Shown in pieces: positions 8,183 through 17,217 of a stretch of DNA of 32,641 bases (positions are counted from its first letter, which is position 1; the number at the start of each line of letters is the position of its first letter). Under the pieces are notes generated by a model. It saw only the letters and a program-made list of their open reading frames with translations, was not told the origin of the DNA and did not search any database. This stretch comes from a virus (lineage: Duplodnaviria; Caudoviricetes): positions 1 to 32,641 of IMG/VR virus record IMGVR_UViG_3300037483_001801; one strand, written 5' to 3'. The translations under genes and the position numbers were made by a program.

Positions 8183-8989
8183 ATGAAGGCAAAAAAAAGA
8201 AAGAAAGGGGTTTTGATAAAGGTGAGAAAAAGCCAGAGAGGGCAGCCCAGCCAAAAGAAGGGCCTATATAGAGACTGCGAAGTCTGCGGCACAAGATTCT
8301 ACGTCCCGCTGTGTAGGATAGAATCGGCCCGGACGTGTTCGATCCCCTGCCGGAAGATGGCGCCCCATAGGAGTGGGAAGAAAGCCATTTACACGTTCAC
8401 CCCTCACATGGACGCCCTGATTTTCAAAGTCTATCGCGAAGAACAGCCCGCCCGGAAGGACAGGCACGTAAGGAAACTTGCAGAGGCTTTTAGAATGCCG
8501 AGGTGGAAGATCACTCGTCGGGCCAGGGAGATCGGTGCCTATGAGCCAAAGCTAAAGGAGCCTGTCTGGAGCGGAGAAGAGTTGAGGCTTTTGAAAAAAT
8601 TTGCGCACAGGCACCCGGAGGTTATCCAACGGCACTTCAAGAAGCGCGGGTTTAAGCGGTCTGTAACCGGGATTATCCTTAAACGCAAAAGAGAAAGAAT
8701 GATCGCGAACCTGGGTGCATATTCAGCATGTCAGGTCGCTCTGGGCTTGGGCGTTGACAGCCACGCCATAACGCGATGGATTGAGCAGGGTTTATTGGAT
8801 GCGACAAAGAGAGGCACTGCTCGGACGGCCTCGCAGGGCGGCGATATCTGGTTCATAAGAGAGAAGGACCTCCGCAAATTTATCATAGAGAACGTCGGCA
8901 TCATCGACATCAGGAAGGTCGAAAAATTCTGGTTCGTCGACCTTATAGCACACCGGCCGGCAGCCGCCTCTGAAGAGGACGCAGCATGA
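8183..8989 (+). CDS. Putative DNA-binding protein (Zn-finger plus HTH/Myb-like repeats); start uncertain
   Basis: CEVCG...CSIPC, WSGEELRLL...RSVTGI, VALGLGVDSHAITRWI. Confidence 0.65.
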   Translation: MKAKKRKKGVLIKVRKSQRGQPSQKKGLYRDCEVCGTRFYVPLCRIESARTCSIPCRKMAPHRSGKKAIYTFTPHMDALIFKVYREEQPARKDRHVRKLAEAFRMPRWKITRRAREIGAYEPKLKEPVWSGEELRLLKKFAHRHPEVIQRHFKKRGFKRSVTGIILKRKRERMIANLGAYSACQVALGLGVDSHAITRWIEQGLLDATKRGTARTASQGGDIWFIREKDLRKFIIENVGIIDIRKVEKFWFVDLIAHRPAAASEEDAA

Positions 8990-9925
8990 GGACAGCGTTC
9001 TCTGTTGACGAACTGATAATCGACAATTTCGCCGGAGGGGGAGGCGCGAGCCTGGGGATCGAAATGGCGCTGTCCAGGCCGGTCGATATCGCTATTAACC
9101 ACGACGCGGTGGCTGTTGCGATGCATGCCGTCAATCATCCCGGAACAAAGCACTATTGTGAAAACGTCTGGGACGTGGATCCCGCAGAGGCATGCGGCGG
9201 CAGGCCGGTCGGTGGCGTCTGGTTTTCCCCGGACTGCAAGCACTTCAGCAAAGCCAAGGGCGGCAAACCGGTCGAGAAGAAGATCCGGGGTCTCGCCTGG
9301 GTCGTCCTCAGGTGGGCTGCAAAGGTCCGGCCGAGGATCATCTGGCTCGAAAACGTCGAGGAGTTCATCACCTGGGGACCGCTTGTAAAGGACGAAAACG
9401 GCGATCATTATCCGTGCCCGAAGCGCAAGGGCCGGACGTTCAACGCTTTTGTTAATGCATTGAAGCGACACGGCTACGAGGTCGAGTGGAGGGAGCTCAG
9501 GGCCTGCGACTTCGGCGCCCCGACGATCAGAAAGCGTCTCTTCCTGAGATCCGAACCTGCGGGAGCCGCTGCATACGGTTACAACGCGGGACCGCTTTGG
9601 CCTTGTGACTGTCCGGGGAGAAGAGTACCAGATCGTGGATATCGGTATGCGCATGCTGGTCCCCAGGGAGCTTTTCCGTGCTCAGGGGTTTCCGGACTCC
9701 TACATTATAGATCGGGACATAGAAGGCAAGCCGATCACCAAGACCGAGCAGGTCGCCAAGTGCGGGAATTCGGTGTGTCCGGGCGTGGCAGCTGCGCTGG
9801 TTACGGCGAATGTCCGGATAGATATATCCGCGATATCCGGAAAGACTCGGGGATATCCCGACGTCGACGCGATAGATGTATCACGCAGGCGGATCCTCGA
9901 GGAGCTTCAGGAAGGATACATGTAG
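8986..9925 (+). pseudogene. C5-cytosine DNA methyltransferase with internal deletion and frameshift
   Basis: Motifs I (FAGGGG), IV (SPDC), VI (ENV), VIII (RKRLF) in one frame up to ~9546; C-terminal part (DPNLREPLHTVTT..RMLVPREL..QGFP..GNSV) in a different frame from ~9548. Confidence 0.85.
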
Positions 9926-9926
9926 C
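9817..9926. repeat. Array A: three 12-bp palindromic repeats (intervals 54 and 44 bp)
   Basis: GATAGATATATC 9817, GATAGATGTATC 9871, GATACATGTAGC 9915. Confidence 0.9.
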
Positions 9927-10943
9927 ATGAAGGAGATCGCGGAAATAAAAGACCGGCTGCGGGACGTGAACATAGTTTCTTTCTCCGGAGGTAAGGACAG
10001 CACGATTGTTCTTCATCTCGTCCTCAATGCCCTGCGTGAGTTCATGGCAGCCGAAGGCGGCGCGCCACCTCTTTATATTGTCACGTCCGATACTCTGATG
10101 GAGATACCCTTCTACCAGGAATACGTGGACCGAATCAGGCGGCAGATCAAGGACTATGTCGATGCGGCCTGCATTGATGCGGAGATCATCACCGTCCGCC
10201 CGGACTTGTCTTTAACTTTCTGGGTGTGTGTGCTCGGCAAGGGATATCCGGCCGCTCATATGGGTTTCCGCTGGTGCACCGGAGTTCTTAAGGTCGATCC
10301 TATCGAGCGTTTTACAAAGACGATCACAGAAGGCAAGGATTATACCGTGTTTATCGGCGTTCGCCGCGCCGAGAGTGAACTGAGGGCGAAGATCTATAAG
10401 AAGAAGGACTATAAACCCAATCACTACGCGCCGATCCTCGACTGGCAGAATCAGGACGTCTGGACATATCTTTTGACTGAGCCCTGTCTATGGGGATCTC
10501 ATGAGGAACTTGTGAAGGTCTACCGGTACAGCTCGGACGAATGCGTCTACGGCGAAAAGCAGGGCGTGTGCATCGGCAACGCCCGCTACGGCTGCTGGGC
10601 CTGTCCTCTTCAGAGGTCCACACAGCTCAACATGATCGGCTATCACACCGGAGATCCCCGTTACCGCCTGCTTCGCGAATACAAAGAGACGCTGGTAAAT
10701 ATGGCGAACAATACCGCTTATCGCTCGCGCATCAGAAGGAATGGCGAGGAAGGCGCCGGGCCTTTCCTGGTAAAGATCAGAAAGCAACTTTATTCAGCTT
10801 TGAAGAGGTTGGAAGATAAGACACAATGGCCGTTGATTTCGAGAGGCGAAGAAGAAATTATTTTTGATTACTGGACCACCGAAGATGATATCCACAACAT
10901 TCCGGACGATACCAGTCCAATGCTCTGGGAGGTTTGCGGATGA
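9927..10943 (+). CDS. PAPS-reductase family protein, DndC-like
   Basis: SFSGGKDS PP-loop, SDT, RWCT..LKVDPI, GVRRAES, RYGCWAC; start at MKEIAE. Confidence 0.85.
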   Translation: MKEIAEIKDRLRDVNIVSFSGGKDSTIVLHLVLNALREFMAAEGGAPPLYIVTSDTLMEIPFYQEYVDRIRRQIKDYVDAACIDAEIITVRPDLSLTFWVCVLGKGYPAAHMGFRWCTGVLKVDPIERFTKTITEGKDYTVFIGVRRAESELRAKIYKKKDYKPNHYAPILDWQNQDVWTYLLTEPCLWGSHEELVKVYRYSSDECVYGEKQGVCIGNARYGCWACPLQRSTQLNMIGYHTGDPRYRLLREYKETLVNMANNTAYRSRIRRNGEEGAGPFLVKIRKQLYSALKRLEDKTQWPLISRGEEEIIFDYWTTEDDIHNIPDDTSPMLWEVCG

Positions 10944-11356
10944 GAGAGGCGACCATTACCACCCACACACCTACATCACCTTATTGTTCCCATTGCGGGC
11001 GGAGATGCACATGCGGGACTGATAGCGTGAATCCTATAATTGTCATTGCCGCCATGCCTTTTAACTTTGTTGTTCCATCGACTTTTGAGTGCATCCAGAC
11101 GACTGACTTATATATCTCTCAGACCCGCTTTCTGGATGAACTCCGCGAATCGATTAGCGAGAGTGTTCCGGAACGCATAGACAAAATCGCCTACATGCGG
11201 TCGATGTGGCAGGTACCCAGGGCTTTGTCCGTTCCCTGTAGGGGCATGGTATGCCATGCCCCTACAAACCGGAGAAAACCCTTTCGCCGCCGTATGCTCT
11301 TTTCTCATAGCGGCTGGATAGGCCGCGCGGGGCGGGAGAAAAGAGGGCAGAAGTGA
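10940..11356 (+). CDS. Hypothetical protein (REP inside)
   Basis: ATGA/GTGA coupling on both sides. Confidence 0.5.
   Translation: MREATITTHTPTSPYCSHCGRRCTCGTDSVNPIIVIAAMPFNFVVPSTFECIQTTDLYISQTRFLDELRESISESVPERIDKIAYMRSMWQVPRALSVPCRGMVCHAPTNRRKPFRRRMLFSHSGWIGRAGREKRGQK
11238..11265. repeat. GTAG-family REP-like palindrome
   Basis: GTAGGGGCATGGTATGCCATGCCCCTAC, 27/28 identical to 6757-6784. Confidence 0.85.
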
Positions 11357-11643
11357 TTCCCAGGAGGAGTGAGATGAGAGAAACGACCGTTAACACCCTC
11401 GATCTTGCCAGGAAATGGACGCCGGGGCTTTCGCTTACGATCACGGCGATTTGTGCCCAGGATATCATCGAGCATTTCAGACTGAAGCTCGAATGTAGAT
11501 TCGACAAAGGGGATCTCGGCCGCGAGGAGTCGGCGCTGTTTACATACCGGGGTGAAATACTCCGATTAAAAAAGACCTGGATGGGCCGCTGGGAGCTTTA
11601 TCACGGCGACTGGCAGCCCGACCCCAGGTGGACGGGGGATTGA
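11353..11643 (+). CDS. Hypothetical protein
   Basis: Operon position; alternative ATG after AGGAGGAG. Confidence 0.6.
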   Translation: MIPRRSEMRETTVNTLDLARKWTPGLSLTITAICAQDIIEHFRLKLECRFDKGDLGREESALFTYRGEILRLKKTWMGRWELYHGDWQPDPRWTGD

Positions 11644-11644
11644 G

Positions 11645-11872
11645 ATGAAAGTTATTCATGACGCTGATCATCGCCTGAAAGCGGCTTGGTCCGGACGATT
11701 CAAAGGTTTGCCGCCTGAATCTCGCGAGGCGCTCAGATCAGCTCTCCTGGATCTCCGGGCCGATGCGATACAAAGGGCAGAACTCCAGTGGAGACGACAT
11801 AAAGCCCCCATGGCCTTTTACTGGAAAGTGGTCGCTGTTTATGCCGGACATCTTGCGAGGGCATTGAGATGA
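11645..11872 (+). CDS. Hypothetical phage protein
   Basis: Coupled to neighbours; WRRHKAPMAFYWKVVAVYAGH motif. Confidence 0.65.
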   Translation: MKVIHDADHRLKAAWSGRFKGLPPESREALRSALLDLRADAIQRAELQWRRHKAPMAFYWKVVAVYAGHLARALR

Positions 11873-12264
11873 AAAAAGAATCGAATCCACCGCCTCCTGA
11901 AGGGGCAGTCAGACCGCCGGCACCTCTTGGGCCGCCTCGGGTAAAGCAGGAGGATATCGAGAGGGAGGAATTAATGGATTTCAAAGTGATTCAAACGGCG
12001 ATAAATCCGACGACCGGTCTCACTGAACTCGAACAGAGGTGTATGGATGGGCTCATGATTGCCTATGCCTCATGGCTTAAGCTGGAACGTCAGCATCCGG
12101 ATGAAATGAGAGGTTTTGTCGATGCGATTCACAGGATACAGGATCTTTTGGCTGTACGAGTAATCCGCCGCCACTACCCAAACGGCTGGCCGACTCATAA
12201 GGTAAAACCACCAATAACGCCCGAAGCAAGCGACGGGATGCGGAAGCCTGGTGGAGCTGGCTGA
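11869..12264 (+). CDS. Hypothetical phage protein
   Basis: Coupled overlaps; QHPDE..F..AIH.IQ.LLA.R motif. Confidence 0.65.
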   Translation: MKKESNPPPPEGAVRPPAPLGPPRVKQEDIEREELMDFKVIQTAINPTTGLTELEQRCMDGLMIAYASWLKLERQHPDEMRGFVDAIHRIQDLLAVRVIRRHYPNGWPTHKVKPPITPEASDGMRKPGGAG

Positions 12265-12752
12265 TGCAGAGGCAGACCATATTCTCTCCCTGCCGGCAAT
12301 ATCGCTACACACTCTGGCGCGAGTTCGATATGTTCAATTCGTCCTATGCCATGTTCGTAGGGCTGAACCCCTCGACGGCCGATGAAGTGCAGAATGATCC
12401 TACGGTCCGGCGGTGCATCAATTTTGCGAAGTCCTGGGGATATGGCGCCCTCTGTATGACGAATATCTTTGCCTATAGAGCTACAGATCCCCGGGAGATG
12501 GTAGCACAGGCTGATCCGGTCGGTCCCGAAAACGACGAATGGCTCGTGCGCTGTGCGAGAGAAGCGGGCATTGTTGTAGCTGCTTGGGGAAACCACGGCT
12601 CTTACTTAGATCGCGACAGGGAAGTTATGAGAATCCTCGATAATCTGTCCTGCCTCGGGATCACGAAGGCAGGACAGCCGATTCATCCGCTTTACGTGCC
12701 GGCGGACAGAAAGACAATCCCTTACAGAAAGGATATTCACCCGGGCCATTGA
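12264..12752 (+). CDS. DUF1643 family protein
   Basis: YRYTLWR, GLNPSTAD..NDPT.RRC..FA, NIFAYRATDP, AWG, HPLY. Confidence 0.9.
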   Translation: MQRQTIFSPCRQYRYTLWREFDMFNSSYAMFVGLNPSTADEVQNDPTVRRCINFAKSWGYGALCMTNIFAYRATDPREMVAQADPVGPENDEWLVRCAREAGIVVAAWGNHGSYLDRDREVMRILDNLSCLGITKAGQPIHPLYVPADRKTIPYRKDIHPGH

Positions 12753-15700
12753 CCTCTGATTTCGAACGGATAAAAGACAAGCTGGACCTGTTGAGCGTGA
12801 TCACGCAAGAGACAGGTTTTTCCATGCGCGGAAAACACCTGGAGCAGTGCCCTTTCTGTCAGGGGCATGAGTGCTTTTCGATCTTCGATAACAATAAAAG
12901 GTATAAATGCCACCAGTGCCCCTCGGCCGGCGATGTGTTCACTTTCCTCGGGGAATATAAGTCCATCGCGGACAATTACGATGTCCTGAAGTATGCGGCA
13001 CAGCTCGCCGGCATCACGCTCACGGAGAAGGCCAGGCGGGAGGTAAAGCTCTCCACAAAGGAGCGGATATTCATCGAGGCGGCGAATTACTACCACGGCC
13101 ATATGCTGGACAACGGCGGGAAAAAATACCTGGTCGAGCAGCGCGGGCACAAGGAGGACGTCCTCAGGAAGATGCGCGTGGGCTGGACGGACGGCTGGCT
13201 GGTGGAATATCTCCGCTCGAAGAGCTTTACGGACACCGAGATCAAGGCTTCGGGCCTGGCAAAGATCCGGAAAACGGCCGAGGACGGGGAGCACCTGGTC
13301 GATTTCTTTGTGAAGGACGTTGCGATTTTCCCGCATGGGGAAAAAGAGAGCGTCTTGCATTTCACCATCAAGGACCCTCAGAAGAAGTATAAGTATCAGC
13401 TCCCGGAGAAGGAGCGGATAAAGGACTGGCGGTTTTATAACCAGGAGGCTCTCGCGAAGTTCGGGGAGATCATCGTCGTCGAGGGGGAAAACGATGTTCT
13501 GAGCGTGATGGATGCGGATGTGCAGCATGTGATCGGGCTCATAGGCTCGCCGGCGGAATATCAGATGAAGGCCCTGCAGACCTACTGCGCGAAAAAGCAC
13601 CTTTATCTCTGGATGGACAACGACGAGGACCCGAAGGACATCAAGGCCAAGGGGAAAGGCTACATCCGGAGGATCTGCGAGGCGCTTGGGAACCATATCA
13701 ATATCCGCGTTATCAGCTATCCTGCGGAGTTTAAGGACCCGGATGAATATTTAAGGGCCTTTCTCCCGGGTATAGACCGCAGGAAGGAGACCAGGAAGCT
13801 TCAGGATGAGGCCGTGGATTACGTCTCATGGGAGATCCGGGAGATCGGCAGGCTCGAAACGCTGGATGAACGACTGAAGGCACTGAAGGACCGGAAGATT
13901 TTCGCGGCCGTAGCCGAGATGGTGGAGGCCGAGAAGCTGGTCTATATCGAGAAGCTCACGAAGCTTGGGTTCACAGAGAAGGCCGTAGAGCAGCAACTGG
14001 AGTTTAATCACGATCTCCGGCAACGGCTGGCGATCTATTTCGAGCAGGTCCCGAAGAAGGACGCGGACCCGAATTATATCGCCTCGGAGATTTTCAAGAG
14101 CTTGTCTGAGACCGGCAGGTGGTACAGGGACCGCATGGGAGACGTGTATCTGCTCTATCAGCATCACACCTATTCGATCGGGAACAACCGGCCGTTTAAC
14201 GCGCTGGTCAAGAGGCTCACGAGCCTGCTGCCGACAAAGGAGCCGGGCCGGTCGGTCTGGGAGTCCCTGGCGAGCGAGGCTTATAACTCGGGCATACAGA
14301 TTGACCTGGCCTCGTGGATCCACACGGACAGGTCCACGGACACGATCTATATCAACGTGAACTCGCCGAACGCCGTGATCCTGAAGGTGAGCAGACAGGG
14401 GATCGAGGAGATACAGAACGGCATAAACAAAGAGGCCGTCCTGCTGAAGTCATCGAGGAAGATCCTGCCGATGAACTACCTTCCGGACGCGGACATGAGG
14501 GAGGGAATGACGGCCCTGAGGGATCTGGTCTTTGATAATATGACTTGTGAGCGCGAACAGCGCTACCTTATTCTTTGCTGGATGATATCGGCCTTCCTGC
14601 TGGACTTTACGCCCTATATGGGGCTGATGAAGTTCTCCGGCGCATCGAGCGCCGGGAAAACGACGGCCGCAAGGCTCCTTTCTCTTTTGATCTACGGCAA
14701 CGAGCACCTGGGCGACCCGACAGCCGCCTCGGCGTATGCGATCGCGGCGCAGAACCCGCTCCTGATCATCGACAACCTGGAGAGCGACGACTTTACAAAA
14801 TCAATATTAAAATTCCTTCTTCTTTCCGCTACAAAGGGAGGCAAGGAGAAACGCACCCAGGGGACGGACAGCGACACGATCCAGGAGACGCCGAAGGCCC
14901 TGGTCCTCATTACGGCCATAGAGCCGTTTACGAAGGGAGAGCTGATCAACAGGACCTTCGATATCGACTTCTCGTTCAAATTCAAGAACGATGCGTTTGT
15001 CGAGGACGAGGTGATCCGGGCTATCGTGAAGAAGCGGGACCTCATTATCTCGTCCGTGCTGAAGTTTATCCAGAAGGAGATCCTGCCGAATCTTGAGGTG
15101 CGGAAAGACTATATCACCATCCTGAAGAAGGAGCATAAGAACCATGCGAAAAACCGGACGGACGAATACCTGGCGCTCCTTATGCTCATGCTCGAAAAGA
15201 TGCTCCAGTATATCCCGTATTACGACGAGAACGACTTCCTGTACGGCACCCAGGAGGAGATCCCCACGGCCGCAAAGGAGATTAGAAACGCCTGGATCGA
15301 TTACCAGAACGCCAAGGCGAAGGAGACGGAGACGTCCTCCAACAGCATTATTAAGCTCCTGGACGGCCTGGTCCGGGAGTACATGGCGAAGATGAAGGGC
15401 CTCCAACCGGAGAACCACAAGGATTATCCGGACGAGGATGTCTTTGTCTACACGCACACTGACTATCACATCGAGGTGTTCAAGACAAAGGCGAAGAGCC
15501 ACTGCATGGCCTGCCATAAAATCAGGGACTCTTTTGCCGACGGCGAGAAATGCGAATGTACGGACGCACAGGCCGGCGAGATTTATTCGCGCGCGATTTT
15601 TGAATTTATAGCCACCTCCAGTGAAATGGTGGACGCGCTCGACCTGCTTTGCCGGAGCCGAGGCATCAAGAACCCTTACGGGACGGCCGCGATCTTCACG

Positions 15701-15835
15701 AAGCGCTTATCGAACGACGAAAAGACCCTGAAGGCCGCAGGCTGGGAGTTGGTGACGAAGGAAGGCCTCGAGCCGTACTTCAAGAAAGTCCAGGGCACGA
15801 GGTTCCTGAAATTCAGAAAGGTGCTGGTGAGATGA
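12749..15835 (+). CDS. DNA primase-helicase (Zn finger + TOPRIM + P-loop domain)
   Basis: CPFC..H..C..C Zn finger; VVEGEND, MDND, KDPDE TOPRIM motifs; GASSAGKTT Walker A; IIDN Walker B. Confidence 0.9.
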   Translation: MTSDFERIKDKLDLLSVITQETGFSMRGKHLEQCPFCQGHECFSIFDNNKRYKCHQCPSAGDVFTFLGEYKSIADNYDVLKYAAQLAGITLTEKARREVKLSTKERIFIEAANYYHGHMLDNGGKKYLVEQRGHKEDVLRKMRVGWTDGWLVEYLRSKSFTDTEIKASGLAKIRKTAEDGEHLVDFFVKDVAIFPHGEKESVLHFTIKDPQKKYKYQLPEKERIKDWRFYNQEALAKFGEIIVVEGENDVLSVMDADVQHVIGLIGSPAEYQMKALQTYCAKKHLYLWMDNDEDPKDIKAKGKGYIRRICEALGNHINIRVISYPAEFKDPDEYLRAFLPGIDRRKETRKLQDEAVDYVSWEIREIGRLETLDERLKALKDRKIFAAVAEMVEAEKLVYIEKLTKLGFTEKAVEQQLEFNHDLRQRLAIYFEQVPKKDADPNYIASEIFKSLSETGRWYRDRMGDVYLLYQHHTYSIGNNRPFNALVKRLTSLLPTKEPGRSVWESLASEAYNSGIQIDLASWIHTDRSTDTIYINVNSPNAVILKVSRQGIEEIQNGINKEAVLLKSSRKILPMNYLPDADMREGMTALRDLVFDNMTCEREQRYLILCWMISAFLLDFTPYMGLMKFSGASSAGKTTAARLLSLLIYGNEHLGDPTAASAYAIAAQNPLLIIDNLESDDFTKSILKFLLLSATKGGKEKRTQGTDSDTIQETPKALVLITAIEPFTKGELINRTFDIDFSFKFKNDAFVEDEVIRAIVKKRDLIISSVLKFIQKEILPNLEVRKDYITILKKEHKNHAKNRTDEYLALLMLMLEKMLQYIPYYDENDFLYGTQEEIPTAAKEIRNAWIDYQNAKAKETETSSNSIIKLLDGLVREYMAKMKGLQPENHKDYPDEDVFVYTHTDYHIEVFKTKAKSHCMACHKIRDSFADGEKCECTDAQAGEIYSRAIFEFIATSSEMVDALDLLCRSRGIKNPYGTAAIFTKRLSNDEKTLKAAGWELVTKEGLEPYFKKVQGTRFLKFRKVLVR

Positions 15836-15839
15836 CGAT

Positions 15840-16071
15840 GATACATCTATCACCGCGGAGCTCGGCGCCGAGGCCTCGCAGCGGCTATATCTATCGAGTA
15901 CTGCAGCAGGACCTGGTCACGATCGGCGATACATCTATCATCGTCCCTGGGCGGTACCTGGTTCGGCCGAAGATAGATATATCATGCCGGCAGCTGCTCG
16001 GGGATCCGGATCCACGATACATGTATCGGAGCTCAGGGAGGATCCCACTGCAGGGCCCGGATAGATATAGC
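15840..16071. repeat. Array B: six 12-bp palindromic repeats, exact 44-bp period, 32-bp spacers
   Basis: Repeats start at 15840, 15884, 15928, 15972, 16016, 16060. Confidence 0.97.
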
Positions 16072-16085
16072 AAAGGAGGGAGAGC

Positions 16086-16376
16086 GTGAAGTGTCCATAT
16101 ATAAAAGGGAAGAAGCCGTGCGGAGGCGGACTCCTCACAAAGAGGACCCTGGCGAACGGGAACAAAGTCACCAGGGAACGGTATTGTCCGAAGTGTCGGA
16201 ACCGTTTCATGACGGTCGAACAGTTCGACAGCCATATCTGGGCTGAGAAGGCCAAGGAACAGGAGCGGGTACTGCGGCTGGAGAAGAAGATGCAGGACCT
16301 CGACTTGGAGCTGGAGTTCTACAGAAACATCTTTATAAATCTCAAGTCCGCAGTGGAAAGGGCCGCGAAGAGATGA
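16086..16376 (+). CDS. Zn-ribbon protein (NrdR-N/Ogr-like) with coiled coil
   Basis: MKCP....C...RERYCPKCRNRFMTVE; SD AAGGAGG. Confidence 0.75.
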   Translation: MKCPYIKGKKPCGGGLLTKRTLANGNKVTRERYCPKCRNRFMTVEQFDSHIWAEKAKEQERVLRLEKKMQDLDLELEFYRNIFINLKSAVERAAKR

Positions 16377-16381
16377 GCCAG

Positions 16382-17005
16382 GGGGCAGATGATAAAATGA
16401 CATCCTTTGAAAGAGCCGAGGTGCTCACAAAACAGGGAATTTTCGTTACGATTCGTAACATTTTCTTTTTTTTCCACCTTCCGGAAAAGTTTTGGACCAA
16501 TCTTTCTGAAATCACTGCCCCTCTGCCCCTAAACATACCTAACCTTTTAATTTTAAAGTATAAGTTTAAGGGGCAGATGCAGGGGCAGAGAGGGGGCAGA
16601 AGGGGGCAGAAACGGGGCAGGAAACAGGCCGGTCGATTCATCTGCCCCCAGACTTTCTCCAATCTTTTCAAAGGGTTAGTCATTAGGGGGCAGAGGGGCA
16701 GTTCAAAAGATTGGTATCAAACACGTTTTTCGATGAGTTCTCTCTTTTTATACCTAAAAGAAAATAGATTGTTTTTAGTTATTCAAAAGATAGTTATTAA
16801 GGTCAATAGAGTCAATGATATCAACAGTTTAAATTTACTCTGTGCTGGGTCGGTATTGGTTCATCGGTTTCAGGTGGCTTGGAACGGAGCTAAAAAAGCT
16901 AAATCATTAACCGCACATTCTCAGATTATATGCGGTTATGCCTATAGCCGGTCTAATAAAATCAATAAGTTAGGTGGTTTAGATCAACAGAAATATGCGG
17001 TTAGA
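16382..17005. other. Putative replication origin: GGGGCAG iterons, AT-rich DNA, IHF-consensus sites
   Basis: 11 GGGGCAG copies on both strands (five at 10-12 bp spacing, 16570-16620); WATCAANNNNTTR at 16819-16831 and 16960-16972; downstream of primase-helicase. Confidence 0.7.
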
Positions 17006-17217
17006 TTCAAATCCAGTCAGATTCGGGAGGGTCAGCAGACTGGTCAAGGGCACCCCCCCTATCGAAAATTCAGCGGATTGTCCGGTCTCCCCTCCCCCAT
17101 TCATAGCTTTAAAATGGCTGGTTATTCAAAGGGGTTTTCAAAAGGCATAGTCAAAGGATTTTTCTTTTCATTTGTCTTTAGTTTTCGAAAAGTGGGGGGT
17201 CCGGGGGGAGGGAGCCT

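Noticed and set aside
8986-9930. 314-aa intact methyltransferase
   Set aside because: Sequence after RKRLFL is out of frame; motifs IX and X are in another frame
12737-15517. Several long minus-strand ORFs opposite the primase
   Set aside because: Antisense shadows expected from GC-rich codon bias; the same applies to 8731..9654, 22902..24041 and 28502..29491
15840-16071. CRISPR array call
   Set aside because: Repeats are only 12 bp and degenerate, spacers are compositionally constrained and shared between arrays, and there are no cas genes or leader; reported as a novel repeat instead
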